This document shows, in pieces, positions 25,538 to 34,271 of a stretch of DNA of 64,000 bases. The stretch spans positions 33,219 through 97,218 of the forward strand of contig DATAZL010000054.1 of NCBI GenBank assembly GCA_036272055.1, read 5' to 3'. This stretch comes from Polyangiaceae bacterium. GTDB lineage: Bacteria > Myxococcota_A > Polyangia > Polyangiales > Polyangiaceae. Under the pieces are notes generated by a model. It had not been told where the DNA came from and made no database searches. It saw only the letters and a list, made by a program, of their open reading frames with translations. The translations under genes were made by a program, and so were the position numbers. Each line of letters opens with the position of its first letter. Position 1 is the first letter of the stretch.

Positions 25538-26077
25538 TCAGGCTTTCTTCCGGCGCGTCGTCTTCGTCGTCTTCTTCGCCGGCCAGCCCGCCTCCATCCG
25601 GTCGTACGACTTTTTCGACACGGTGGAGCGAGACTTCGGCCGGCTCGTGCCGGCGCGCTTCCGTCGATTGATGTTCTCGACGAGGGACGTCGCGGGCTGG
25701 CGCTTCTTCGTCTTCTTGCCGGTGGACGTCTTCTTCTTCGTCTTGGTCTTCGCGTAGCGCGCGAGGAGCCGCTTTCCCGTCGCGGCGAGCTTCTTCGCGC
25801 CTGCCATCGTCGTCGGTACCGGTTCGCCCCAGGCGTGAGCAGAGAGCGCGAGGCGCGTCGGTTTACCCTGGTCGCTCTTCATCGGCCCGCGCGGGTGTGC
25901 GAAATGGCGCCGCAGGAACGACCCTTTTCGCCGCATCTTCTCCGGAGTGTCGGCTGCGCCGCGCACGCCGGGCCGGAGATGCGAGCCCTCCTTCTGCGCG
26001 AAATAGCGCCGGCCTTCCGCGGTGAGCCCGCCCTCAGGATCCTTTCGTCGTTTTTCGCTCTTCATCGCGTGCGACAT
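25538..26077 (-). CDS. Basic protein with Lys/Thr-rich histone-H1-like tail
   Basis: 179-aa ORF. The C-terminal half contains AKTKTKKKTSTGKKTKKRQP...KKTTKTTRRKKA. Confidence 0.55.
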   Translation of the reverse strand: MSHAMKSEKRRKDPEGGLTAEGRRYFAQKEGSHLRPGVRGAADTPEKMRRKGSFLRRHFAHPRGPMKSDQGKPTRLALSAHAWGEPVPTTMAGAKKLAATGKRLLARYAKTKTKKKTSTGKKTKKRQPATSLVENINRRKRAGTSRPKSRSTVSKKSYDRMEAGWPAKKTTKTTRRKKA

Positions 26078-26195
26078 GCTGCGAAAGGCGTGCCGCTCTC
26101 ACCGAGCCGTCGGCCGATCCTCCGCCGACCATCGGCCGACCGTCGGCGCGCCGCCACGGGTGCGTCAGAGGGCGATTCTTGCGGCTTCTGGCAAC

Positions 26196-26211
26196 GGCAC
26201 GTCGTCTGCAA
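26196..26211 (+). promoter_or_regulatory. Weak candidate sigma-54 promoter upstream of 26227
   Basis: CGGCACGTCGTCTGCA versus TGGCACG-N4-TTGCA (2 mismatches). It is only 16 nt from the ATG at 26227, which leaves almost no leader. Confidence 0.25.
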
Positions 26212-26226
26212 TACGCGCCGCTCACG

Positions 26227-27825
26227 ATGTCGAATCGGCGATCCTCGATGACGCAGTGGACCCGGTCGCGGCTGCTCGTGACGCTCTCCGTCGTTTTCGT
26301 GGGCTGCTCGCCGGACGGCTCCGCAAGCGTCTCCGACGGCTCCGGCAATGCAGGTGGCCAGAGCGAGGGCGGCGCGACGTCGGTGAGCTCGGGGCCGGGC
26401 GGAGGAAGCGGAACGGTGAACACCGCGGGCCGCAGCGCAGCGACGTCGGGGAGCGCGCCGGGTACGATCGGCGCGCCCTCCGGTGGCGTCGCTGGCTTCC
26501 GAGCGCCGTCGGGAGGCGTCGCCGGGCTCGGCGCGCCATCAGGCGGTGTCGCGGGCCGCGGCGTGAGCGGCGCCGGCGGCGCGACGCCAGCCAGCGGCGG
26601 CGTGCCGTCGAGTGGCGGCGTACCGGCGTCGGGCGGCGCGGCGTCGGGTGGCGCTCCCAGCGTGAACGCCTGCACGACGCCGGGAGCCGTCCGGTGTGCC
26701 GCGGCTTCTCCGGGCGCTCGCGAGTCGTGCACCAGCGGCCAGTGGCAATTCAGCGACGCATGCGCGTCTTCGCAGGTCTGCGTCGGCACCGGGAATTGCG
26801 TCACCGAGTCCGCGCTCTGCCAGGCGCACCCCGGGCAGATGGTGTGCGACGGAGCCGGGGTCCTCTACACGTGCAGCTCGATCGGCGCCATCGTCGCCCA
26901 GAAGGTTTGCTCCGACCAGGCTCATTGTCAGTCCGGGCTCGCGCGCGGCGAGTGCGCGACGCTGTGCACGCCGAACGCGACGAGCTGCCTGGGCGACTAC
27001 ATCCAGACCTGTAACGCCGCCGGCACCGCGTTCGTGAGCACGAGCCCCTGCGCGCAAACGTGCGACCCGAAGACGTCCACCTGCGAGGTGTGCCTCGCCG
27101 GCGCCACGTACTGCGAGGGTGACTCGAGCATCGCCTGCGACGCGACCGGACACAGCTTCACGAAGACGCCCTGCGCGCGGGTGTGCGTCGGAGCCGGCAG
27201 CTGCGTGGAGTGTAACCCGGGCTTCCCGGAGCGGGATTGCCCGACCAGCGATCCCTGCTCGGTCCCCGCGTGCGACCCGTACTCGAACACGTGCAAGTTC
27301 GCCGCGGCGGCCGAGAACACGCCGTGCGCGATGCCGGCGAACTACGGCGGGTGCGCGGACGGCGGCTGCTCCGGCTTCTGCACGACGCGGGATTCGTGCG
27401 ACCCGGTCGTCGTCATCAAGGCGAACGTCAACGGCAAGTACGTGGTGCTCGACGGAAGCAATCAGCTGATCGCGAGCGCCACGTCGAAGGCGAGCGCCAG
27501 TCAGTTCGCGCTCCACATCGATCCGCGCGACCGCTCGTACGAGATGGCGTTCTACTCGATGTCCGCCCACTCCTACGTCGCGAGCGACGGCTCGAACGTG
27601 GCACTCGCGACCGGCGCCGGCGCCATCGCGGATCCGGAGGCCTTCATGAACCTGGACCCGACCGGGAACGACGATCCGACCAACAACGTGGTCGGCACGC
27701 CGCTCACCCTGCTCATCGACGGCGAGTTCGTCACCGCGGAGGACGCCGGGGACAGTCCCCTCATCGCGAACCGCGACACCCCGGGTCCGTGGGAGCAGTT
27801 CACCCTCGAGCTAGCGACGCCCTGA
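26227..27825 (+). CDS. Secreted lipoprotein: Gly-rich linker, Cys-rich middle and C-terminal fascin-like beta-trefoil domain
   Basis: ATG at 26227 gives MSNRRSSMTQWTRSRLLVTLSVVFVGC. The linker has (APSGGVAG)x3 repeats and the central region has many Cys. C-terminus: VVIKANVNGKYVVLDG...FVTAEDAGDSPLIANRDTPGPWEQFTLE. Confidence 0.75.
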   Translation: MSNRRSSMTQWTRSRLLVTLSVVFVGCSPDGSASVSDGSGNAGGQSEGGATSVSSGPGGGSGTVNTAGRSAATSGSAPGTIGAPSGGVAGFRAPSGGVAGLGAPSGGVAGRGVSGAGGATPASGGVPSSGGVPASGGAASGGAPSVNACTTPGAVRCAAASPGARESCTSGQWQFSDACASSQVCVGTGNCVTESALCQAHPGQMVCDGAGVLYTCSSIGAIVAQKVCSDQAHCQSGLARGECATLCTPNATSCLGDYIQTCNAAGTAFVSTSPCAQTCDPKTSTCEVCLAGATYCEGDSSIACDATGHSFTKTPCARVCVGAGSCVECNPGFPERDCPTSDPCSVPACDPYSNTCKFAAAAENTPCAMPANYGGCADGGCSGFCTTRDSCDPVVVIKANVNGKYVVLDGSNQLIASATSKASASQFALHIDPRDRSYEMAFYSMSAHSYVASDGSNVALATGAGAIADPEAFMNLDPTGNDDPTNNVVGTPLTLLIDGEFVTAEDAGDSPLIANRDTPGPWEQFTLELATP

Positions 27826-27834
27826 GCGGCCGCG

Positions 27835-29073
27835 TCATTTCCAGTTCTTGCGCTGGGGCATCGTCCACGGATCTTTGCAGAGTACGCAGTCGTCCCCGTA
27901 AAAGTACTTCTTCGCGCCCTGGTCGGCGTAGACCCAGAGCCTCAGCCACGCGATCATCGCGGCGCGCTCGGCGATGTTCGCGCTGCTCGGCAGGATATCG
28001 ACGGGGATGAGATGGCCCGCGTTTCCCGTGTCGGCGGCCATCGACAGGGTTCCATAGAAGGTTTGCACCGAGGACAAGTTGAACGTCGGCGTGACGAAGG
28101 TCGCCGGCACGACGAAGGTGTCCGTCTCCGCCGTGAGCAGCAGGAGCGGCGCGTGGAGCGCGTTCGCTGCGCCGGTGACGCCGTGCATCGACGCCGTGGC
28201 GACGACGTTGGCGTGCGCTCCGGCGCCGACCGACGCGCCACCACCTAGCGAGTAGCCGATGGTGACGAGACACGTCGGATTGAGCTTCCCCTGGTAGTCA
28301 CCCGCGACGCCGTTCTGCGCCACCATCCAGTCGAGGCCGTCGGTCATCATCTGCGCCGTCACGCTCGAGCTGTTGCTGGCGATCACGACGAAGCCGTGCG
28401 AGGCGATCGCGCCGAGCAGCCCGGGATAGTACGCGGGTGTCGTCGTGATGCCGTTGCCCCAGGTGGCCACCGGATGCTTGAAGCCGTTCGCGCCGAGCGT
28501 GACCGGACGATAGATCGTGTACATGCCGTCGGAGCCGGTGCTGTTCACGACCTTCGTCGGCATCGGGCCGTTCGCGCTGTAGTCACCGGTCACCGCGGGC
28601 ATCGTCTCACCGTCGCAACCCTTGCTCGGATCGACGGGAGCGCCGGGATCGCCGCTACTCATCATGCCGGCGGCTCCGGCATTGCTCCCTCCCATGCCGG
28701 CGGCGCCTCCGGAGGGCACCGCACCGCCACTGCCGCCGGGTTGTCCGATGACGGGCGTCATGCCGCCACTGCCGCTCGGCAGCAGAGTCCCCGGCGAAGC
28801 GACGCCGCCCTGTCCGAGCGGGGCTCCGCCGTTTCCGGGAACGACGCTACCCGGCGCGGCTCCGTTCGACATCGGGGCTCCTGACGCGCCACCGGCCGCG
28901 GCCGGCGTGCCGCCAGCACTGCCCTGGAACGGCGTCACCGTCGCAGGGGCGGGCGGCGTGCTCGGCGCGGAGGAACATCCGACCACGCCCGCGAGCGAGA
29001 ACGCCGCCCACACGAGCCCCGTCGCAGGAGGCCGAAACGGCGTGCCCCGAGCGCCCGTGATTTTCGTCTTCAT
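27835..29073 (-). CDS. Secreted lipoprotein alpha/beta hydrolase (cutinase/dienelactone-hydrolase-like)
   Basis: Lipobox VVGC and a Gly/Ala/Pro linker of about 130 aa. Also YTIYRPV...HGFVVIASNS and the nucleophile elbow GYSLGG. Confidence 0.8.
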   Translation of the reverse strand: MKTKITGARGTPFRPPATGLVWAAFSLAGVVGCSSAPSTPPAPATVTPFQGSAGGTPAAAGGASGAPMSNGAAPGSVVPGNGGAPLGQGGVASPGTLLPSGSGGMTPVIGQPGGSGGAVPSGGAAGMGGSNAGAAGMMSSGDPGAPVDPSKGCDGETMPAVTGDYSANGPMPTKVVNSTGSDGMYTIYRPVTLGANGFKHPVATWGNGITTTPAYYPGLLGAIASHGFVVIASNSSSVTAQMMTDGLDWMVAQNGVAGDYQGKLNPTCLVTIGYSLGGGASVGAGAHANVVATASMHGVTGAANALHAPLLLLTAETDTFVVPATFVTPTFNLSSVQTFYGTLSMAADTGNAGHLIPVDILPSSANIAERAAMIAWLRLWVYADQGAKKYFYGDDCVLCKDPWTMPQRKNWK

Positions 29074-29223
29074 CGCACCGGATCATCGGACGATGTGCGT
29101 CCGCCGGCTCCTTCAGCAGCCCACCAATAAATTCCCTCGTGCGGCCAGGCGAGCGAAGCGTCGGCGCCAGCGTGCAGCTGCTCGGGATTTGTTCATCGGC
29201 GCGGTCGCGACTATAGCGACTCG

Positions 29224-29424
29224 ATGGACGACCCCCGCGAAGCTCGCCTCGTGGATCTCGAGGTCCGTTACACATACCTCGAGCGGACGGTGAGAGAGCT
29301 CGACCAGGTCGTCATCGAGCTCCGCGGCGAGGTGAGCCGGCTGCGTGGCGAGCTCGTGCAGATGAACCGCATCGCCGCGGAAGAGCGTTCGTCACCCGAG
29401 AACGAGAAGCCGCCGCATTATTAG
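29224..29424 (+). CDS. slyX: SlyX-family protein
   Basis: 66-aa ORF. RLVDLEVRYTYLERTVRELDQVVIELRGEVSRLRGEL is typical of SlyX. Confidence 0.85.
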   Translation: MDDPREARLVDLEVRYTYLERTVRELDQVVIELRGEVSRLRGELVQMNRIAAEERSSPENEKPPHY

Positions 29425-29604
29425 GGTAGGGGGGCCTTGGCCCCCCGCAGCTTCGCCTTGGGCGAACTGCTCCCCCCGCCGCTTCGCGGGGTCGCTTCGC
29501 TCGCGCAAGTCCGCTCTTTGATGCCTCCCCCCGCCGCTTCGCGGAGTCGCTTCGCTCGCGTAGTTGCGCAGCTCTTTCATCCTTCGGGGACGAGGGAATG
29601 GTCG
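29422..29604. repeat. Structured intergenic repeat, copy A (with internal ~56-bp tandem duplication)
   Basis: TAGGGTAGGGGGGCCTTGGCCCCCC GCAGCTTCGCCTTGGGCGAACTGC TCCCCCCGCCGCTTCGCGGGGTCGCTTCGCTCGCG..., shared with 42262.. and 51267... It fills the whole gap between convergent genes. Confidence 0.85.
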
Positions 29605-30063
29605 TCAGCTGTCGTCTTTGGCTATGACGTCGGAGATGCGACTGGTGACCATGCTGCGCCAGCCTTTGCTCATCATGTCGAAGGCGTGCGCGTTCTTCGC
29701 GGTGAAGCCCGAGTGCACGAGCTCGAGGTGCGTTCCGCCGGAGCTCGTCGGGGTGAGGGTCCAGGTGACGACGGTGTCGAGGCGCGAGCCGTAGTGGGTC
29801 GCGTCGTCCGAGCCGCCACGCCACGTGTAGCTGAGGCGACGCGCCGGTTCGACCGCGAGGACCTCGCAGTGACACACGCCGTCCCAGCCGGGGATCGGCT
29901 GGGCGCGGAACGTGAAGCGATGGCCCACGACGGGACGGAGATCGTTCGGCATGAGCCACGCCGCGACGAGCTTCGACTCCGTGAGCGCACGCCACACCTT
30001 CTCGGGCGGGTGCGGAAGCTCGTGTGCCACGACGATGGATTGCGTCTCTTGTTCGGTGTTCAT
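29605..30063 (-). CDS. SRPBCC / AHSA1-family protein
   Basis: 152-aa ORF. HELPHPPEKVWRALTESKLVAAWLMPN...RLSYTW is typical of Aha1/SRPBCC. It overlaps the upstream ArsR gene by 4 nt. Confidence 0.85.
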   Translation of the reverse strand: MNTEQETQSIVVAHELPHPPEKVWRALTESKLVAAWLMPNDLRPVVGHRFTFRAQPIPGWDGVCHCEVLAVEPARRLSYTWRGGSDDATHYGSRLDTVVTWTLTPTSSGGTHLELVHSGFTAKNAHAFDMMSKGWRSMVTSRISDVIAKDDS

Positions 30064-30383
30064 TCTTCGAGCTCCTCGAGGAGGGTTTCGAGCTTCTGCA
30101 TGTGGTCCTTCCAGAAGCTCTGGTAATGCGAGATCCAGTCGATGAGCGGGCGCAGCCCCGCACGCTTCGCGCTGTAGAACGCCTGACGTCCTTCGCGCCG
30201 GTGGGCGACCAACCCCGCCTTGCGAAGCGCTGACAGGTGCTGGCTGATGGCGGCCTGGGAGACGTCGAAGCGCGCGGTGAGATCTTTCACTGCGTGCTCC
30301 CGGCGCGCCAGCCGTTCGAAGACGGCCCGGCGAGTCGGGTCGGCGAGGGCACGGAAGATCGCGTCCGCTTTTGCATCAGCCAC
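30060..30383 (-). CDS. ArsR/SmtB-family transcription regulator
   Basis: 107-aa ORF. IFRALADPTRRAVFERLARREHAVKDLTARFDVSQAAISQHLSALRKAGLV. Confidence 0.9.
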   Translation of the reverse strand: MADAKADAIFRALADPTRRAVFERLARREHAVKDLTARFDVSQAAISQHLSALRKAGLVAHRREGRQAFYSAKRAGLRPLIDWISHYQSFWKDHMQKLETLLEELEE

Positions 30384-30453
30384 GGCTTATGAATAAGCTA
30401 CGACTTATGCGTTGGCAAGTGGCAATCCGCCATCTCGGGCGGCGATTCGTGGG

Positions 30454-31848
30454 TCAGGGAGACGGCGTCTGCGAGTCGAGGAACGTCACTGCGGCCGTGA
30501 CGTCGGAGAGCTCGTGATACGACGCGGGCAACGCGAGGACGGTGCGCAGATCGACCCGCGCGACCCACCTTCCGTCGCGGCTGACGGTGATGCCGAAGGG
30601 CGCGCTGTCGTTCGCGCCGGGCCACACGGCCACGCCGTGCGAGCTCACCAGGTTCGTGAAGGGCGTTCCGTCGGGGAGCGCGGGCATGAGACTGAAGACG
30701 TAGTCGGGCCCCGCCGGAACGCCGGCGTCGGCCATTGGGGCGCCGGCATCGGCGATGGGCACACCGCCGTCGAAAGGCGCCGCCGGCGCAAGGGTGAGCA
30801 CCCGCGCCGCGGCGATATCCGCCGCGTTCTCGCCTTCCCAGAACGCCAGGTGATCGGGAGGCGCGATCGCGACGTCGGTGAGGCCGTTGCCGCGAAGGAC
30901 GGTCGCTGGCGCAGTGACCACGTGCGTCGAGCGGTCGAAAACCGCGCGCGAGAAGTCGATCGTCGTCTGATACTGATGGATCTTCGAGGGGACGATGACG
31001 AGGCCCGAGCCGGGATCGACGGCCGCGCTCCCCGGTGACGTGCCGACTGGCGCCGCGGGATCGTCCGCAGCGGGGTTCTGGAAGGTGTAGACGGTGTCAT
31101 CGGCGAGATCGACGACCGAGAGACCGTCGGTCATCGGGGTCCCGTCCGGGGCCGTCAGGCCATCGCACGCGCGCGGCGTGTTGCCCCGCGAATCGAGGCT
31201 CGACGCGCAGTCGTAGAAGGGCGCGAAGACGAGCTGGCGGTCGGGATCGAACGCGAAGTTCTCCGACGGCGGGGCGTCTATCGTCTTCGTGATCGCGAGC
31301 GTCGTGAGATCGACGAGCGCGAGACCGTTCCACACGCCGAGGATGGCCCGGTTGCGAGCGGGATCCATGGCCACGAAGGTGACGTAGCCGCCGTTCCCGC
31401 CGAACGTCGATTGCCCGTAGGAGGCGTCGAGACGGAGCGTTCCGATCACCGTGTCGCTCGCTGGATCGACGAACCAGACGAGCGACGCCTCCGTCGATGC
31501 GGCCACGATCATGGTCGAATCTCCGGCCGTCGTGGTCGCGTATTCGACCGCGCCGCCGTCACCGTCGCCGAGCGTGATCTGGCGAAGGAGCGCCGGCGCG
31601 CCTTTCACGCCGTCTCCCGGCGCCGAGACGTCCACCACCGCGAGCGACGGCGTGTTCGTGCTCGCCGCGTACCCGGGCAGGTAGAGCTTGACGCTCTTGC
31701 CGTCGGGGACGAGCGCAAAGGAGCCCGTCCCCCCTGCGACCGCGGACCTAACCGGCTTCGCCGCCGTCGTGACGTTCTCGCTGGTGCACGCACCAGTGAG
31801 CGCCGACAGCGCCAGGCCCGAGAGGACCGCGGCCCTCGACACGATCAA
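30454..31848 (-). CDS. Hypothetical secreted lipoprotein (beta-propeller-like)
   Basis: 464-aa ORF with lipobox LTGAC. The start overlaps the upstream phosphoesterase stop by 4 nt. Confidence 0.7.
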   Translation of the reverse strand: MIVSRAAVLSGLALSALTGACTSENVTTAAKPVRSAVAGGTGSFALVPDGKSVKLYLPGYAASTNTPSLAVVDVSAPGDGVKGAPALLRQITLGDGDGGAVEYATTTAGDSTMIVAASTEASLVWFVDPASDTVIGTLRLDASYGQSTFGGNGGYVTFVAMDPARNRAILGVWNGLALVDLTTLAITKTIDAPPSENFAFDPDRQLVFAPFYDCASSLDSRGNTPRACDGLTAPDGTPMTDGLSVVDLADDTVYTFQNPAADDPAAPVGTSPGSAAVDPGSGLVIVPSKIHQYQTTIDFSRAVFDRSTHVVTAPATVLRGNGLTDVAIAPPDHLAFWEGENAADIAAARVLTLAPAAPFDGGVPIADAGAPMADAGVPAGPDYVFSLMPALPDGTPFTNLVSSHGVAVWPGANDSAPFGITVSRDGRWVARVDLRTVLALPASYHELSDVTAAVTFLDSQTPSP

Positions 31849-33107
31849 GGAAAGCTGCCGGGCTCGAAGAGATCGACGAAGTCGTTCTCGTTCTTGACCT
31901 TGTCGAGGAACGGGAGCCCGAAGATCGTCTCGACCGACTTGATGACGGAGGCGTGCGTGTACTTGACCTTGCCGATGTAGTTCTTCTTCACGGTCGGGCC
32001 GATCGCGAGGAACGGGATGCTGAGCGTCGACACGCCCTCGTCCCAGAGGATGAAGACCACGCCGTGGTGGCCGTTCGCGTAAGTGATGATGCCGGGGAGG
32101 TTCGCCGCGAGCCAGTCGTCACCCGAGCGGATGGTGTTCGAGTTGGGGCAACCCACGGCGCCGTGCATGTCGTTGCAGAGGTTCGGCGTGATGAAGTTGT
32201 ACTGGGCGACGGTATCCGCGGCGAGATCGGTCGCGATCTGGGTCGACGGCGCGTGGTGCGAGGCGCAGTAGGCGTTCGTCTTCGAGGGCGGCGAGCCGGA
32301 GACGTCCTGGAAGAAGATGAACGGGTCGTGCTTCGGCGCGTAGAAACCGGTCGAGACGATCGGACAGGTGCCGCTCGTCGCGTTCATGTCCTCCTGGTAC
32401 GACATCCACGACACGCCCGCGGTCTTCATCTGGGTGACGAGGTGCTCGGTGCTCGCGGTGCTGTTCCCCGCCGAGGGATCGGCGTCGCCCGTGAACGTGA
32501 CGTCGGTGAAGGCGTTGGTGCCCGACTCGACGAGGACGTAGTGAGGCTCGCTCGGGATCGCGAGGTCGAGGGTGTCGACGAAGTTCGACGTGCTGGTGTA
32601 GCCCTTGATGAGCGTGTCGTTGATGTACGGCGCGTCCGCGGAGTCGCCGACGATCTGCGATTGATCGTGGTTCTCCATGGCGATCACGAACACGTGCTCG
32701 ATGTGGAGACCCCCGTCGCCTTCACCGGCGTCGGTCGCGGCGCCGCCAGTGCCGGTGCCGCCTTCGACCGCGCCGTCGACGCCTGCCTCGGGGACGCCTG
32801 CGCCGCCGGTGCCCTTGCCGCCGGTGCCGCTGCCGCCGGTGCCCTTGCCGCCGGTGCCGCTACCACCGGTGCCCTTGCCGCCGGTGCCGCTACCGCCGGT
32901 GCCCATCGTGGTGCCGCCTGAGCCGCCCGTGGCTTTTCCGGCAGAGCCGCCGGCGCTCGCGCCGCCGGTGCCCGCGTGCGTGCCACCGGTCTCGCCGGTG
33001 CCGGTATCGGCGCCACCGTCCGTCGTCGAGCCGGGGCTCGAGTCGGAGCTGCATGCGACGCTGAGAGAGGTGATGCCGAACAGTAGAAGAAGCTTCAAAG
33101 GATTCAT
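31845..33107 (-). CDS. Secreted lipoprotein phosphoesterase (AcpA / phospholipase-C family)
   Basis: ATG at 33107 gives MNPLKLLLLFGITSLSVAC. Gly-rich linker with GTGGSGTGGK repeats. HVFVIAMENHDQSQIV and PSEPHYVLVESG are typical of the phosphoesterase family. Confidence 0.8.
   Translation of the reverse strand: MNPLKLLLLFGITSLSVACSSDSSPGSTTDGGADTGTGETGGTHAGTGGASAGGSAGKATGGSGGTTMGTGGSGTGGKGTGGSGTGGKGTGGSGTGGKGTGGAGVPEAGVDGAVEGGTGTGGAATDAGEGDGGLHIEHVFVIAMENHDQSQIVGDSADAPYINDTLIKGYTSTSNFVDTLDLAIPSEPHYVLVESGTNAFTDVTFTGDADPSAGNSTASTEHLVTQMKTAGVSWMSYQEDMNATSGTCPIVSTGFYAPKHDPFIFFQDVSGSPPSKTNAYCASHHAPSTQIATDLAADTVAQYNFITPNLCNDMHGAVGCPNSNTIRSGDDWLAANLPGIITYANGHHGVVFILWDEGVSTLSIPFLAIGPTVKKNYIGKVKYTHASVIKSVETIFGLPFLDKVKNENDFVDLFEPGSFP
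32806..32910. repeat. 30-bp (15+15) in-frame tandem repeat, about 3.5 copies, encoding GTGGSGTGGK
   Basis: ccggtgcccttgccg ccggtgccgctgccg iterated inside CDS 31845..33107. Confidence 0.85.
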
Positions 33108-33284
33108 GGTTTCCTGTCGTCGCCGAAAAGAATGGACGAAGATCGCCAGCGACAGCGCGAACCTTTCACGGTGTGTCCTGCGCGTCAAAGGCGACGGCCG
33201 AGCGTCTCCTGTGGATGAACAACGTTACCCACGCTATAGGCGCGATGCCTCCGTCACTGTCCCGTTGCCAAAAGGAAGTCGAGA

Positions 33285-34253
33285 ATGAGTCGCTGGCTCA
33301 AGGTCGTCCTCGCCGTCGTCGGTGCGCTAGCGCTGCTCGTCGGGATCGTATTGCTGTACGTGCTCATGGCCTTCCCCAAGGTCGCTGCCGCGAGCTCGCT
33401 GAAGGTGCAATCGACGCCAGAGCTCGTCGCTCGCGGTGAGTATCTCGGTTCACACGTCGCGGTCTGCCTCGATTGCCACTCGACACGTGACTGGACCCGC
33501 TATTCGGGGCCACTCACGGCGGGAACGCTCGGCGGCGGCGGTGAAGCGTTCACCCGGGAAATGGGGTTCCCCGGTGAAATCTTCTCGAAAAACATCACTC
33601 CTGCCGGAATCGGCTCGTGGACCGACGGGGAAGTCGCGCGCGCGATCACGAGCGGTGTCTCACGTGACGGCAGGCCGATGTTTCCGATCATGCCGTACCC
33701 GAACTACGCGCACCTCTGCGATGCCGATCTGAACTCGATCATCGCCTTCGTCCGGACGCTCTCGACGGTCAATCACCCGAACCGGGACGGCAAGCTCGAC
33801 TTCCCGATGAACATCATCGTGCGCACCATCCCGAGCCCCGCGGTCCCTGGCGCCTGTCCGTCGCCCGGAACCCCTGATTACGGCAAATATATGACCACCA
33901 TCGCGGGCTGCGTCGAATGCCACACTCAGCAGGACCACGGGAAGCACAAGCCCGGGATGGAGTTCGCCGGCGGCTGGACGTTCCCGCTTCCGGGCGGTGG
34001 CCACGTCACCTCCGCAAACATCACGCCGGACCCCGAGACAGGGATCGGCAGCTGGACGCGCGACGAGTTCATCGCTCGCTTCAAGGCGTACGCCTCGGCA
34101 AACGCGGCAGTGCCGGTCAGCGCGGGCGGCATGAACACGCTCATGCCGTGGACGATGTACGCCGGAATGTCGGCAGGCGATCTCGGCGCAATCTTCGACT
34201 ACCTCCACGTGCAGCAGGCCGTACACAACGTCGTCGAGAGGTTTCATCCCTGA
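33285..34253 (+). CDS. Membrane-anchored dihaem c-type cytochrome
   Basis: 322-aa ORF with an N-terminal TM helix and two CxxCH motifs (CLDCHS, CVECHT). Confidence 0.85.
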   Translation: MSRWLKVVLAVVGALALLVGIVLLYVLMAFPKVAAASSLKVQSTPELVARGEYLGSHVAVCLDCHSTRDWTRYSGPLTAGTLGGGGEAFTREMGFPGEIFSKNITPAGIGSWTDGEVARAITSGVSRDGRPMFPIMPYPNYAHLCDADLNSIIAFVRTLSTVNHPNRDGKLDFPMNIIVRTIPSPAVPGACPSPGTPDYGKYMTTIAGCVECHTQQDHGKHKPGMEFAGGWTFPLPGGGHVTSANITPDPETGIGSWTRDEFIARFKAYASANAAVPVSAGGMNTLMPWTMYAGMSAGDLGAIFDYLHVQQAVHNVVERFHP

Positions 34254-34271
34254 CGTCGCATCGCGTCGGCG

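Noticed and set aside
29392-29580. Small ORFs across the repeat copies (for example 29392..29580 minus, 42140..42466 plus) as a coding gene family
   Set aside because: The copies differ by indels that break the frame between them. The conservation follows the hairpin stems rather than codons.
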